Positions 9,762-19,117 of a stretch of 64,000 nt of DNA are shown here, piece by piece (the stretch's first letter is position 1; each line of letters starts with the position of its first letter). Source of the stretch: Acidimicrobiales bacterium (GTDB lineage: Bacteria > Actinomycetota > Acidimicrobiia > Acidimicrobiales > Palsa-688); NCBI GenBank assembly GCA_035551615.1, contig DASZNC010000059.1, positions 13,099 to 77,098 of the forward strand. The letters are read 5' to 3'. Below the pieces are notes generated by a model. That model ran no database searches and was not told where the DNA came from. It was given only the letters and a program-made list of their open reading frames with translations. A program made the translations under genes and the position numbers.

Positions 9762-10700
9762 ATGGCCCACGCCCGCAAGTTCCGATTCGGTATCCAACTG
9801 GTAACCGCGCCTGACGGCCCGTCATGGGCGGAGACCGCCCGCAAGGTGGAGGACCTCGGGTTCTCGAGCCTGTTCCTCCCCGACCATTTCGGGGACCAAC
9901 TGTCGCCGGTGCCGGCGCTGATGGCGGCCGCTGATGCCACCACCACGCTGCGGGTCGGCGCCCTGGTGTGGGACAACGACTACAAGCATCCGGTCGTGCT
10001 GGCCAAGGAGGCCGCCACCATCGACGTCCTGTCGGGCGGCCGCCTCGAGTTCGGCATCGGCGCCGGCTGGATGAACACCGACTACGAGCAGGCCGGGATC
10101 CCCAAGGAACGGGACGGGGTCCGAATCGCCAAGCTGGCCGAGGCCATCGAGATCTACAGAGGCCTCTGGGGCCCGGACGAGTTCAGTTTCTCAGGCGAGC
10201 ACTACCAGATCGCCGGTCTCAACGGATTCCCCAAACCGGCTCAGCAGCCCCACCCGCCGCTCCTCATCGGTGGCGGCGGCCCGAAGATGCTGGCGTTGGC
10301 CGCCCGCCACGCCGACATCGTCGGGATCAACCCGGCCATCCCCAAGGGGTACATCGACGCGTCGGCCTCCGCCGAGGTCCGTCCCGACCGGCTGGACACC
10401 AAAGTGGGCTGGCTCCGCGACGCCGTCGGGGACCGCCTCGACGATCTCGAGCTGAACATCCTGGTTTTCGCCACTTCCATCGGTCCCGAGGCCGCCGCCC
10501 AGCGGGCCGGCATGGCCCAGATGTTCGGGGTCAGCGAGGACGACTTCGCCGCCTCGCCGTATGTGTGGTTCGGCGACGCCAAGGAAGTAGCCGACTCGTT
10601 GCGGGCGGCGCGCGAACGCTGGGGCACCAGCTACTTCGTGGTCCAGCCCGGCGCCCTCGATCAGGTGGCGCCCGTGATCGCCGAGCTGGCCGGGACGTAA
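9762..10700 (+). CDS. LLM-class F420-dependent oxidoreductase (luciferase-like monooxygenase family)
   Basis: MAHARKFRFGIQL start, LEFGIGAGW and FPKPAQQPHPPLLIGGGGPKMLALAARHADIVGI motifs typical of the TIGR03621-like F420 LLM family. Confidence 0.85.
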   Translation: MAHARKFRFGIQLVTAPDGPSWAETARKVEDLGFSSLFLPDHFGDQLSPVPALMAAADATTTLRVGALVWDNDYKHPVVLAKEAATIDVLSGGRLEFGIGAGWMNTDYEQAGIPKERDGVRIAKLAEAIEIYRGLWGPDEFSFSGEHYQIAGLNGFPKPAQQPHPPLLIGGGGPKMLALAARHADIVGINPAIPKGYIDASASAEVRPDRLDTKVGWLRDAVGDRLDDLELNILVFATSIGPEAAAQRAGMAQMFGVSEDDFAASPYVWFGDAKEVADSLRAARERWGTSYFVVQPGALDQVAPVIAELAGT

Positions 10701-10741
10701 ACGCTGCGGGGCCGTCCCGAGCGGGCGGCCGCCACGACGGT

Positions 10742-11026
10742 CTAGAAGGTCTGTTCCTCGGCGGTCGGTTCGGTGGAAACGGCGCCGCCGCCGTGCTCGG
10801 CCTCGATAGAGGTGATCTCGGCGACGAGCTTGTCGGCCACGGCCGGGTCGGCCCCCGGCTTGCCGGTCCGCTCGGCGTAGACAGCCGCGCCCAGGTCCCG
10901 GAACAGGGCGTCCACCTTGCGCTTGGCCTGGGCGTCTTCGATCTTCGCCTGCCCGGCCTTGCCGGCCTCCTGGGCCTTTTGCGCCGCCTGGCTGGCCGAT
11001 TCTTTGACCTTGTCGAGCAAACCCAT
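10742..11026 (-). CDS. small conserved hypothetical protein (94 aa, Lys/Ala-rich N-terminus, CsbD-like?)
   Basis: Clean ORF with MGLLDKVKESASQAAQKAQEAGKAGQAKIEDAQAKRKVDALFRDLGAAVYAERTGK and coding-like codon bias. Confidence 0.5.
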   Translation of the reverse strand: MGLLDKVKESASQAAQKAQEAGKAGQAKIEDAQAKRKVDALFRDLGAAVYAERTGKPGADPAVADKLVAEITSIEAEHGGGAVSTEPTAEEQTF

Positions 11027-11185
11027 GGCTGTCCCCTTCCGATCCGCGGTGTCGGCGGCGACGCTAATCCCGGTCGCTCCGGCCGCGTCGCCGAATTGGC
11101 CGGCCGATCAGGCAGCCGACTCCCCTGCTATCTCGATGGCCCGGCGGATGGCCGCCACCAGCTCGTCCTCGCTCACGGCTGCCGG

Positions 11186-11674
11186 CTAACGGCCACCGAC
11201 CAGCCGGGCCAGGTTCTCCAGGCTGGCCTCCATGTCGGGCCGCCACCGTTCGCCGCCCCGGAGTACCTTCTGCAGGTCCGCAGGGGAGCGGGAGCAGTCG
11301 AAGCACTCGGTGACGCGCGTACCTGCGCCGGCGATCGGCTCCAGCCGCCATCCCCATTGATGGCGGCCCGGATTACCGATGTCCCCTTTGAAGTCGTCCT
11401 TCTCGATCGCCTTCATCACCGGCTCCCAGGTGATGCGCCGGTCCGGTTCGAACTCGACCACGTGGTTCTCCATCACGTAGTCGCCCATGTCGTCGTTGAA
11501 CATGTTCATCACGAACACGTCGCCGACCTGAGAGATGACCTGGTCGGATTCGGTCGTCCGCAGCATGCCGGTGCCGTCGACCGACGGGTGGTCGGCCGGT
11601 CGGCACAGCAGGGCGAATATGGCCGACGCCGGGGCATCGATGTCGCGGCACACCGAGACGGCGAACTCAGGCAC
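11186..11674 (-). CDS. SRPBCC (START/Bet v1/AHSA1-like) family protein
   Basis: 162 aa with the pattern of polyketide cyclase/AHSA1 family (RITWEPVMKAIEKDDFKGDIG ... WGWRLEPIAGAGTRVT). Confidence 0.7.
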   Translation of the reverse strand: MPEFAVSVCRDIDAPASAIFALLCRPADHPSVDGTGMLRTTESDQVISQVGDVFVMNMFNDDMGDYVMENHVVEFEPDRRITWEPVMKAIEKDDFKGDIGNPGRHQWGWRLEPIAGAGTRVTECFDCSRSPADLQKVLRGGERWRPDMEASLENLARLVGGR

Positions 11675-12449
11675 CGACGTTCCTCAGTTTGAACTGGGCG
11701 CCGCACGGGTCGGCGGCACACGCCAACCGGCCGTAGGGCGTGGACTCCGGTCCGTGCACCAGGGATCCACCGAGCTTGTCGATCAACGCCAGCGTCTCGT
11801 CGACGTCGTCGACGGCCCAGTACACCGACCACTCGCCGCCCACACCGGGCGGCAGCCAGCCGCTCGCGTCCATGATGCCGATCAGGTCCTCGTCGCTACC
11901 GGCCGGACGCACCGTGGTGTAGCGGAACTCGTCGGTGTCGCCCACGGTGGTGGTCTCGTACCCGAACAGGCCCTGGTAGAACGACCGGGCCTGAGAATGG
12001 TCGGTGGTGTGCAGTTCGACCCAACTGGGCGAGCCGTGCTCACCGAGGACGGTGAAGCCGGGGAACGTGACCGGCTGCCAGAAGCCGATCACCGCGCCGG
12101 CCGGATCCGAGACGACGGCCTGGATCCCGAGGTCGTCCACCGCCATGGCTTCGCCCATGACCTTGGCGCCGGCCGCCTGCGCGGCCTGCAGGGTGGCGGC
12201 CATGTCCGGCGTGGCCAGGTAGGGCTTCCACCTGTTGTCGGCCTTCATGTCGCGGCCCACGTCCCCCATCCCGCCGGCCACGGGCACGCCGTCGCGGGTG
12301 AACATGAAGTAGCCGCCATGGCCGTCGTCGGGTGCCTGCGCCTCCCACCCGAACACCTCGCCGTAGAACTCGCCGGCGCCGGCCACATCGCTCGTCCACA
12401 GATCGGTCCAGCACGGGGCTCCCACCGGTGGTGTGCTCCTGGTCGTCAT
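11667..12449 (-). CDS. VOC family protein with tandem glyoxalase-like domains
   Basis: Two repeats of the G-x-FGWE / GG-xF motif (FYGEVFGWEAQ, FYQGLFGYETT). ATG at 12447-12449. Its stop overlaps the downstream SRPBCC gene by 8 nt. Confidence 0.75.
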   Translation of the reverse strand: MTTRSTPPVGAPCWTDLWTSDVAGAGEFYGEVFGWEAQAPDDGHGGYFMFTRDGVPVAGGMGDVGRDMKADNRWKPYLATPDMAATLQAAQAAGAKVMGEAMAVDDLGIQAVVSDPAGAVIGFWQPVTFPGFTVLGEHGSPSWVELHTTDHSQARSFYQGLFGYETTTVGDTDEFRYTTVRPAGSDEDLIGIMDASGWLPPGVGGEWSVYWAVDDVDETLALIDKLGGSLVHGPESTPYGRLACAADPCGAQFKLRNVGA

Positions 12450-12718
12450 GATCGAACTCCCTCTGTCGTCATCACCGGTGCAGACGAACCGCGAGGGCGC
12501 CATTCATCGGTGACCGATGAGTTCCAGCCGATATTCCCGTCCAACCGATTGTGGGTCGCTGGTGCCGCATAACGATCGTGTTGGAGGGACCGGATGCGCC
12601 CGACCTGTCGGCCGTCGACGAGCTGGCCCGGTGGCGCCTGCTGGCCGGCCGCCTGGGCGGCCACGTCGTCATCGATCAATTGTCACCTGAGATGACGGAA
12701 CTTTTGGAGTTGACCGGC

Positions 12719-13723
12719 CTAGGCGTCGAGATGCATCGGCAGCCCGAATGCCGGGAACAACCGCTCGGGATCCAGGAAGTCGAGGAAGAAGGCCATCTCG
12801 GCGATCTTTCCCCCTGAGATCTCGAGCACCTGGATGGCCCAGGGCGCCCAGCCCCCGGCCGGATCCGGCTTGTACTGACCGAAGGCCGGGCACCCGTTCG
12901 CCGTCGTCGCCAACAGCCGCGATCCCCGGCAGGCACTCGGCCCGGGCAGGACCATCCAGTCGACGATGTTCTGCGAGCCCTCCAGCCACAGCGCGAACGG
13001 CGGCATCGACTGTATGGCGTCGTCGTGTAGCAGCCCCACCAGAGCGTCGATGTCGTAGCGCTCGAAGGCATCCACGTAGCGCTCGAGCAACTCGGTGTGG
13101 TCGGCGTCGAGTGGGCGCGGCCTGGTGTGCGACGGCAGGCTGGCAAGGGTGGAGCGCGCCCTCTGGAGGGCGCTGTTGACCGCCGGCACCGAAGTGGCCA
13201 ATAGCTCGGCCGCGTCCACGACCGGCCAGCGCAGTACCTCGCACAGGACGAGGGCGGCCCGTTGCTTGGCCGGCAGGTGCGGGAGGGCGGTCACGAAGGC
13301 CAGCCGGATGGAGTCCCGCTGTTCGGCCACTTCGGCCGGGTCGCCCAGGTCCGAGATCACCGCGCCGTCGGCGATCGGCGTCACCCACAGGGCCTCCGGG
13401 TGCAGCGGGCCGAGCAGCGACTCGTCGGGCGGCGAGGACGGACCCATCTCCATCGGGCGGGCCCGCCTCTGGACCTGCCGGCCCATGTCGATGCAGACGT
13501 TGGTGGCGATCCGGTACAGCCAGGACCGGACGCTCGACCGGCCCTCGAACGAATCAGCCGCCCTCAGTGCCTTGATCATGGTCTCCTGCACCGCATCTTC
13601 GGCTTCGAAACCGGAACCCAGCATGCGGTAGCAGTAGCCGGTGAGCTCGCGCCGGTAGGGTTCGAGGTCCGCCGACACAAGTGGGGTCGTCACAGCCACG
13701 ACTTCGAGAGTACTCACGGACAA
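12719..13723 (-). CDS. ECF sigma factor with C-terminal SnoaL-like extension (ECF41/SigJ-like)
   Basis: Sigma-70 region 2 (YCYRMLGSGFEAEDAVQET), region 4 (LPHLPAKQRAALVLCEVLRWPVVDAAELLATSVPAVNSALQRAR) and a ~150-aa NTF2/SnoaL-like tail. Confidence 0.85.
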   Translation of the reverse strand: MSVSTLEVVAVTTPLVSADLEPYRRELTGYCYRMLGSGFEAEDAVQETMIKALRAADSFEGRSSVRSWLYRIATNVCIDMGRQVQRRARPMEMGPSSPPDESLLGPLHPEALWVTPIADGAVISDLGDPAEVAEQRDSIRLAFVTALPHLPAKQRAALVLCEVLRWPVVDAAELLATSVPAVNSALQRARSTLASLPSHTRPRPLDADHTELLERYVDAFERYDIDALVGLLHDDAIQSMPPFALWLEGSQNIVDWMVLPGPSACRGSRLLATTANGCPAFGQYKPDPAGGWAPWAIQVLEISGGKIAEMAFFLDFLDPERLFPAFGLPMHLDA

Positions 13724-14055
13724 AGGGACGGGCCGGACCGACGGAATTCATCGCTCACGCCCGCCCGCTGCGATGAGAACCGGTGCCCGCCGCCGTCAGC
13801 CTCGACCCCCTATCCGGGCGGGGCGGCCTATTGCGGAGCGGTTACCGGCTGCGGGTCCGCCTCGAGCAGGTCATCAGCCTCGGCCAGCCACCGGTCGAGT
13901 GCCTCCCGGCTCGACCGCAACCCGGGGCGCCGGCTGGATTCCGTGTTCTGTGTGGTCATGCGGAGACCCTCCTTCGCCTGGTCCCGTGGTCAACATACCC
14001 ACGGGCCGTCGCCCAACTGGGGGATTTATACCCCCGCCCCGAGCGCGGGCTCCGC

Positions 14056-14859
14056 TCAGTGCATGCGGGCGCTCGACCCGAGGCTCAACTCCATGACCGT
14101 CCCGGTCATGATCCCGGGGTCGGTCACCAGGTAGAGAACGGCCCGGCTGACGTCTTCGGACTGGATCATGGCCTGCGGGATCGGGTTGGCCCGGGCGAAG
14201 CGGCGGATCAGCTCATCGGGAACTTCGGCGTCCGGGTCGGGCTGCACCATCGGCGTCTGGACCGTCGTCGGGCACACCACGTTGATGGTGATGCCGTCGC
14301 GGGCGACCTCGAGCGCGACCGACTTGGCCAGGCCGATGACCCCCCACTTGGTGGCGTTGTAGGCGCCCAGCTCGGGGATCCCCATCCGGCCCCCCATCGA
14401 CGCAGTGACCACGATCCTCCCGTACTTCTGTTCCCGCATCACCGGGAGCGCGGCCCGCAAGGTGTGGAAGGCGCCGGTCAGGTTGGTGGCCACGAGGGTG
14501 TCCCAGACCTCGTCGGTCACGTCGGTGATGGGGCCGGTCGACACCACCCCGGCATTGGCCACCACGATGTCGAGCCGCCCGAACTGGTCGACGGTCCGGG
14601 CGACGGCGCCCTCCACGGCGGCGGCGTCGCGGACATCCACCGCTAGGCCTAGCGCTCGGCGGCCGGTCGCTTCGACCTGCTTCACCGACAGCTCCAGATC
14701 ACTGCGCCCGGCGAGGGGATAGGTGAGGACCGGCATCGCCGCCGGGACATCGCAGAGCACCACGTCGGCGCCCTCGGCGGCGAGGGCCAGACCGTGGGAC
14801 CGGCCCTGGCCCCGTGCTCCCCCGGTGATCAGCGCGACCCGTCCGTCCAGTGCTCCCAT
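14056..14859 (-). CDS. SDR-family oxidoreductase, mycofactocin-coupled/carveol-dehydrogenase-like subgroup
   Basis: ITGGARGQGRSHGLALAAEGADV N-terminal signature of mycofactocin-dependent SDRs, NAGV, S-x-YNATK catalytic triad region. Confidence 0.8.
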   Translation of the reverse strand: MGALDGRVALITGGARGQGRSHGLALAAEGADVVLCDVPAAMPVLTYPLAGRSDLELSVKQVEATGRRALGLAVDVRDAAAVEGAVARTVDQFGRLDIVVANAGVVSTGPITDVTDEVWDTLVATNLTGAFHTLRAALPVMREQKYGRIVVTASMGGRMGIPELGAYNATKWGVIGLAKSVALEVARDGITINVVCPTTVQTPMVQPDPDAEVPDELIRRFARANPIPQAMIQSEDVSRAVLYLVTDPGIMTGTVMELSLGSSARMH

Positions 14860-14894
14860 GCGGTCGAAGATACGGCAACGGCCGGGCCGGGGAC

Positions 14895-14932
14895 GTTACG
14901 ATCCGCCGAGGGGGAGTTACCATCCGAGTAAC
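14895..14932. promoter_or_regulatory. GTTAC direct repeat plus GTTAC-N8-GTAAC inverted repeat in divergent intergenic region
   Basis: acGTTACgatccgccgagggggaGTTACcatccgaGTAACag read between the SDR start (14859, -) and the repeat-protein start (14963, +). Confidence 0.3.
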
Positions 14933-14962
14933 AGCGGTCCATCAGGCAAGGAGCCACGGCGA

Positions 14963-15304
14963 GTGAGTACAGAAGGCAGGGGCGGAGGGTCCGACGGCGA
15001 GGAGGCCGAGCAGCCGCCGGCGTGGCCACTGCCTGACCCGCCCCTCTACTCACCGACCAACCCGGGCCAGGCCTACTCGTCGCCCAACCCGGCGCAGAGC
15101 TACTCGTCCGCCGACCCTGCCCACCGGTACTCGTCGGCCCACCCTGGTCAGAACTACTCGTCGCACCCGGGCCCGACCTATTCGTCCCACCCGGGCGGCC
15201 AGGACTACTCGTCGCATCCGGGTCAGGCGTACTCCTCCAATCCCAACCCGTCGAGCACCTACAGCCCCTCCGGTGGGGCCAGCCCCTCTTCGCCCTCGGA
15301 ATGA
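14963..15304 (+). CDS. Pro/Tyr/Ser-rich nonapeptide-repeat protein (x-H-P-G-Q-x-Y-S-S, ~9 copies), intrinsically disordered
   Basis: GTG start 9 nt after an AAGGAG RBS. Periodic YSS repeats with GC3-biased codons. Its stop overlaps the patatin start (ATGA at 15301-15304). Confidence 0.5.
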   Translation: MSTEGRGGGSDGEEAEQPPAWPLPDPPLYSPTNPGQAYSSPNPAQSYSSADPAHRYSSAHPGQNYSSHPGPTYSSHPGGQDYSSHPGQAYSSNPNPSSTYSPSGGASPSSPSE

Positions 15305-16161
15305 CCACGATGACCAGGGCACTGGTGCTGGCCGGCGGCGGGGTGGCCGGCATCGCCTGGGAGACCGGCGTGCTGAGGGGCATCGAAGAAGCCGATCCGC
15401 AGCTGGCCGCCTCGCTGCTCGCCGCCGACGTGATCATCGGCACCTCGGCCGGCGCGGCGGTGGCCGCCCAGGTCACGAGTGGCCGGTCGCTCGCCGATCT
15501 CTACGACGATCAGGTCAACGGGCCGTCGCCCGAGATCGATGTGCAGATGGAGATGGACGAACTGATCGGCCGGTTCATCCAGGCCGTCCAGGGCGCTGAT
15601 TCACGGACCGATGTGCTGAGGAGAATCGGCCGGATGGCCGCCGCCACCGAGACGGTGACCGAGGCCGAACGCCGGGCGGTGATCGAACGACGCCTGCCCA
15701 GTCACGATTGGCCCGACGGCGATGTGCGCATCGTCGCCGTCGAGATCGACGCCGGTGAACCGGTCGTGTTCGACCGCACGACCGGCGTGGCGCTGGTGGA
15801 CGCGGTCGCCGCCAGCTGCGCGGTGCCGGGTATCTGGCCGCCGGTGACCATCGGCGACCGGCGCTACATGGATGGTGGCGTGCGATCGACGTCGAACGTC
15901 GACCTGGCCGCTGGGTGCGACCGGATCGTCGTGTTGTCGCCGGCGGCCGCCGACCAGCCCGGGCTGGCCGGCCGGACGCTGGCCGAGGAGGTCGCGTCCT
16001 TTGACCAGATACCGGTCACCATCATCGATGCATCACCGGAGGCGGTCGCCGCCTTCGGGACCAATCCGCTGTCGGCCACGACCCGGAGGCCGGCCGCCAC
16101 CGCCGGGCGCCGTCAGGGGCTCGAGTGGGCTGGAAAGCTGGGCCCGACCTGGGCCGGTTAG
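15301..16161 (+). CDS. patatin-like phospholipase
   Basis: GGGVAG oxyanion motif, GTSAG nucleophile-Ser motif, DGG catalytic Asp motif (YMDGGV). 286 aa. Confidence 0.85.
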   Translation: MTTMTRALVLAGGGVAGIAWETGVLRGIEEADPQLAASLLAADVIIGTSAGAAVAAQVTSGRSLADLYDDQVNGPSPEIDVQMEMDELIGRFIQAVQGADSRTDVLRRIGRMAAATETVTEAERRAVIERRLPSHDWPDGDVRIVAVEIDAGEPVVFDRTTGVALVDAVAASCAVPGIWPPVTIGDRRYMDGGVRSTSNVDLAAGCDRIVVLSPAAADQPGLAGRTLAEEVASFDQIPVTIIDASPEAVAAFGTNPLSATTRRPAATAGRRQGLEWAGKLGPTWAG

Positions 16162-16171
16162 GGCGGGCGGC

Positions 16172-17128
16172 TCAGGAAGGCGTCGTGAAGATCGTGCCCA
16201 GGCCGACGCCGGTGTGGTCGTAGGCGCCCTCCGGGTTGGCCCGCACGCTGGCATCGAGCTGATGGGCGTCGTCGCCGACCAGAATCCGCCACTGGCCGGC
16301 CCGGACCCCCTCCAGGATGATGCGAGCGGCGCCCGCAGCATCGAGCGGTGCGGTGGTCCGGAAGCCCTCCTCGAGCATCTTGACCATCTCCCGCAGTTGG
16401 TCCGACGACAGGTCGTCGGCCGGGAAGCCCCGCTTCTGGACCTGCTCCCGGGTCGACGCCAGGTCCTCCTCGGTCAGGGCGTCGGGTTCGGGCCGACCGA
16501 AGTAGCGGCGGGAGTTGGCGACGATGTCGGTCCCGATGTGACCGGGCATGACGACCGAGACGCCGACGTGCGGGGCGTTGACCCGGAGATCCTCGATCAT
16601 GGCCTCGGAGAAGCCCTTCACCGCGAATTTGGCCGCGCTGTAGGCGGTGTGGGGGATGCCCGGGCCCAGTGAGGCCCAGAACCCGTTGACGCTGCTGGTA
16701 TTGACCAGCCGGGCTGACTCGGCGGCGATCAGGCGGGGCAGGAAGGCGCGGGTGCAGTAGTACACGCCCCACCAGTCGACCCCGAAGGTCCGTTCCCAGT
16801 CCTCCCGGGAGTCGGCGATGAAGCTGCCGCCGCCGCCGATGCCGGCGTTGTTGAACAGGTACTCGATCACGTCGCCGTGGGCGGCCACGACCTCGTCACG
16901 GAAATCCGTCACCTGGGCTTCGTTGGACACATCGCAGATATGGGTGGAGATCTTCGTCCCGGCCGGGGCGCCGGCTTCGGCCCGGGCCAGGGTCTCGGCC
17001 AGACCGACCGGGCTGACGTCGCACGTGGCCACGTGGCATCCCTCGGCCGTCAGCTGGATGACCAGCTCGCGACCCATACCCGAGCCACCGCCGGTGACCA
17101 CCGCCCGCTTGCCTGAGAACGTGTCCAC
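16172..17128 (-). CDS. SDR-family oxidoreductase
   Basis: GKRAVVTGGGSGMG cofactor motif, NNAG, Y-x3-K (YSAAK). Start taken as GTG at about 17128; the alternative ATG at 17179 would leave only an 18-nt gap to the upstream gene. Confidence 0.75.
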   Translation of the reverse strand: MDTFSGKRAVVTGGGSGMGRELVIQLTAEGCHVATCDVSPVGLAETLARAEAGAPAGTKISTHICDVSNEAQVTDFRDEVVAAHGDVIEYLFNNAGIGGGGSFIADSREDWERTFGVDWWGVYYCTRAFLPRLIAAESARLVNTSSVNGFWASLGPGIPHTAYSAAKFAVKGFSEAMIEDLRVNAPHVGVSVVMPGHIGTDIVANSRRYFGRPEPDALTEEDLASTREQVQKRGFPADDLSSDQLREMVKMLEEGFRTTAPLDAAGAARIILEGVRAGQWRILVGDDAHQLDASVRANPEGAYDHTGVGLGTIFTTPS

Positions 17129-17197
17129 AATCCCCCCTTGATCTGTCTCCCCAGACGGTACCTCCCGGGGCGGTGGCACGTCCGCCGGCGGCGGCGC

Positions 17198-18493
17198 TCA
17201 GGCGCCGATTCGGCTGGTGGCCGAACCCTCGTAGGGGGCGTTCCCGTAGTTGAACGCCCCGCCGTCGGCGGCGACCAACCAGTAGCCGCCATAGCTGCTG
17301 TCGGCGGCCAACCCGACCACCGGCGCGGCCAGCGTCGACCCACCCGCCGAGCCCAGGAACGGGGCGTGGAAACCGAAGACCCCGCCGTCGGCCGCCACCA
17401 GCCAGTAGCCACCGGTCGCCCGGTCGGCGGTGATCCCGACGACGGCGGCGCTGAGCGGAGCCGACCCGGCCGACCCATAGAAGGGGGCACCGCCGTAGGC
17501 GAACACCCCGCCGTCGGCGGCGGCCAGCCAGTAACCGTGCCCGCCCGGCGCGGCGGCGATGCCGACCACCGGTGCGGCGAGCGGATGGCCGGCAGCCGAA
17601 CCCTCGAAGCGGGCGTCCCCATAGGTGAACACCCCGCCGTCGGCGGCGACCAGGTAGTAGCCGCGCCCATCGGACGAGGCGGCAATACCGACCAGCGGTT
17701 GGGCCAGCCTGCGGCCGCCGGTCGACCCGTAGAACCGGGCCCCGTCGTAGCTGTACACCCCGCCGTCGGCGGTCACCATCCAGAACCCGCCGTTCGGATC
17801 GGAGGCCACCCCGACGAACGGGACATCGGATCCGTCACCCGCCTCGGTGACGGTGTTCGGCTCGGCGTAGACGACCCCGCTGGCCGTCGCTATCCGGAAG
17901 CCGCCCTGGGCGCCGGCCGGCGAACCCGACGACGGCCGGGCCGCCGGGCGGGCGGAAGAATCGCCGGTGACGCCGACGGCCGGGTCGGGCCGCAGCGCTT
18001 TGGCCGGCTGCACGACCGAATAGGTGCCCGGGCCCTGAGAGCAGGGCCGGCTGATACCGAGGGGGTACACCGCGCCTTGGCCGTCGCCGCTGATCCGGAG
18101 GAAAACCGACTGGGCGATGTCGGTGCAGTAGGCGGACCAGGCGACGGCGATGACCGGCGGGGCCATCTCATGGCCGGCGAACAGAAGGTCGACCGTCGCG
18201 TCCCCGCCGTCGGTTGCGATCCCGGCCGGGACGGCGCCGGCCGCATCGGTGATCTCGTCCGACAGCACCGGGGCGGTCGTGCAGCTCTGGCCCGGCCGGG
18301 CCGGTATCAACTGGATGGTCAGGACCTGGGTCCCGGCCGCGCCCTCGGTCGACTCCTGGCCGAAGGTGAAGTCGCACGGAGCCGGATGCGCCGGCAGCCG
18401 GGCTGCGGCCGGCGCGCCGCCGGCGATCGACCCGACGGCGATCAACAGTCCGGCCGCCGCGACCTTGGCTGCTGTCAGATGGAGTGACCTCAT
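17198..18493 (-). CDS. secreted protein: signal peptide + Cys-containing N-domain + 5-6 tandem ~38-aa propeller-like repeats (GYWLVAADGGVFxYGxAxFxGS)
   Basis: N-terminal signal peptide (AAGLLIAVGSIAGGAPAAA). The repeats are read directly; it is a paralog of 20146..21528. Confidence 0.75.
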   Translation of the reverse strand: MRSLHLTAAKVAAAGLLIAVGSIAGGAPAAARLPAHPAPCDFTFGQESTEGAAGTQVLTIQLIPARPGQSCTTAPVLSDEITDAAGAVPAGIATDGGDATVDLLFAGHEMAPPVIAVAWSAYCTDIAQSVFLRISGDGQGAVYPLGISRPCSQGPGTYSVVQPAKALRPDPAVGVTGDSSARPAARPSSGSPAGAQGGFRIATASGVVYAEPNTVTEAGDGSDVPFVGVASDPNGGFWMVTADGGVYSYDGARFYGSTGGRRLAQPLVGIAASSDGRGYYLVAADGGVFTYGDARFEGSAAGHPLAAPVVGIAAAPGGHGYWLAAADGGVFAYGGAPFYGSAGSAPLSAAVVGITADRATGGYWLVAADGGVFGFHAPFLGSAGGSTLAAPVVGLAADSSYGGYWLVAADGGAFNYGNAPYEGSATSRIGA

Positions 18494-18577
18494 TGCGACC
18501 TCCCCCGGAGCACCACTGCTCTTCCCGGATGATAGAAGGTGGCGGCCCCCGATCGACGGGGAAAAGCCGGGCCCTCC

Positions 18578-19090
18578 TCAGGCGGCGGCGATCGGGCGGC
18601 TCAGTTCGATGACGCCCCATGCCACGCCGGTCGTGCGGAAACCGTGGTGGTGGAGCAGGCGGCTGGCCACGACGTTCTCGTAGTCGGTGGTGGCGACCAG
18701 GTCGTGATAGCCCAGGCCGACCGCCTGCTCGATCAGGCGGTCGATCAGCACCGATCCGACGCCCCGGCCCTGCCAGCGGTCGTCGACGACCAGGGCCAGT
18801 TCGGCGCCGCCCACCGTCGGTTCGATCCGCCCGATGGCGACGATCGTCCCCTCCTCCGGCGACCACACCGCCAGCGCCTCCCGACCGTCGTGGCCGACGT
18901 CGAGGAAGTGGGCGATCTCGGCTTCGGTCAGCGGTCCTCTCCGGCCTCCGAACCGCAGTTCCCGGGTCCGGGGCGACAGCCGCCCAACGGCGCATTCATA
19001 GGCGCGGCGGTCGGCCGGCCGCAGGGGCCTTATCTCCAGATCGGCTCCGTCGATCGAGCGGACCGGATCCACCAGAGTCAGTTCTGTCAT
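18578..19090 (-). CDS. GNAT family N-acetyltransferase
   Basis: 171 aa from ATG 19088-19090. The acetyl-CoA motif region WQGRGVGSVLIDRLIEQAV matches the R/Q-x-x-G-x-G/A pattern. Confidence 0.75.
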   Translation of the reverse strand: MTELTLVDPVRSIDGADLEIRPLRPADRRAYECAVGRLSPRTRELRFGGRRGPLTEAEIAHFLDVGHDGREALAVWSPEEGTIVAIGRIEPTVGGAELALVVDDRWQGRGVGSVLIDRLIEQAVGLGYHDLVATTDYENVVASRLLHHHGFRTTGVAWGVIELSRPIAAA

Positions 19091-19117
19091 AGAACTAACT
19101 GTAAGACAGTCAGTTCT
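19091..19117. promoter_or_regulatory. operator-like inverted repeat AGAACTAACTGT-aag-ACAGTCAGTTCT between divergent GNAT and HxlR genes
   Basis: 12-bp arms with one mismatch. Additional CAGTTCTGT half-site copies on both flanks (19079-19087, 19111-19119). Confidence 0.45.

Noticed and set aside
10742-11026. calling the 94-aa protein a CsbD-family stress protein
   Set aside because: Only the Lys/Ala-rich N-terminal 30 aa resemble CsbD. The rest does not, so it was left as a conserved hypothetical.
13783-14646. 287-aa plus-strand ORF
   Set aside because: It is antisense to the mycofactocin-type SDR and has no motifs.
17138-18487. 449-aa plus-strand ORF
   Set aside because: It is antisense to the secreted repeat protein and is rich in Gly/Arg/Pro.
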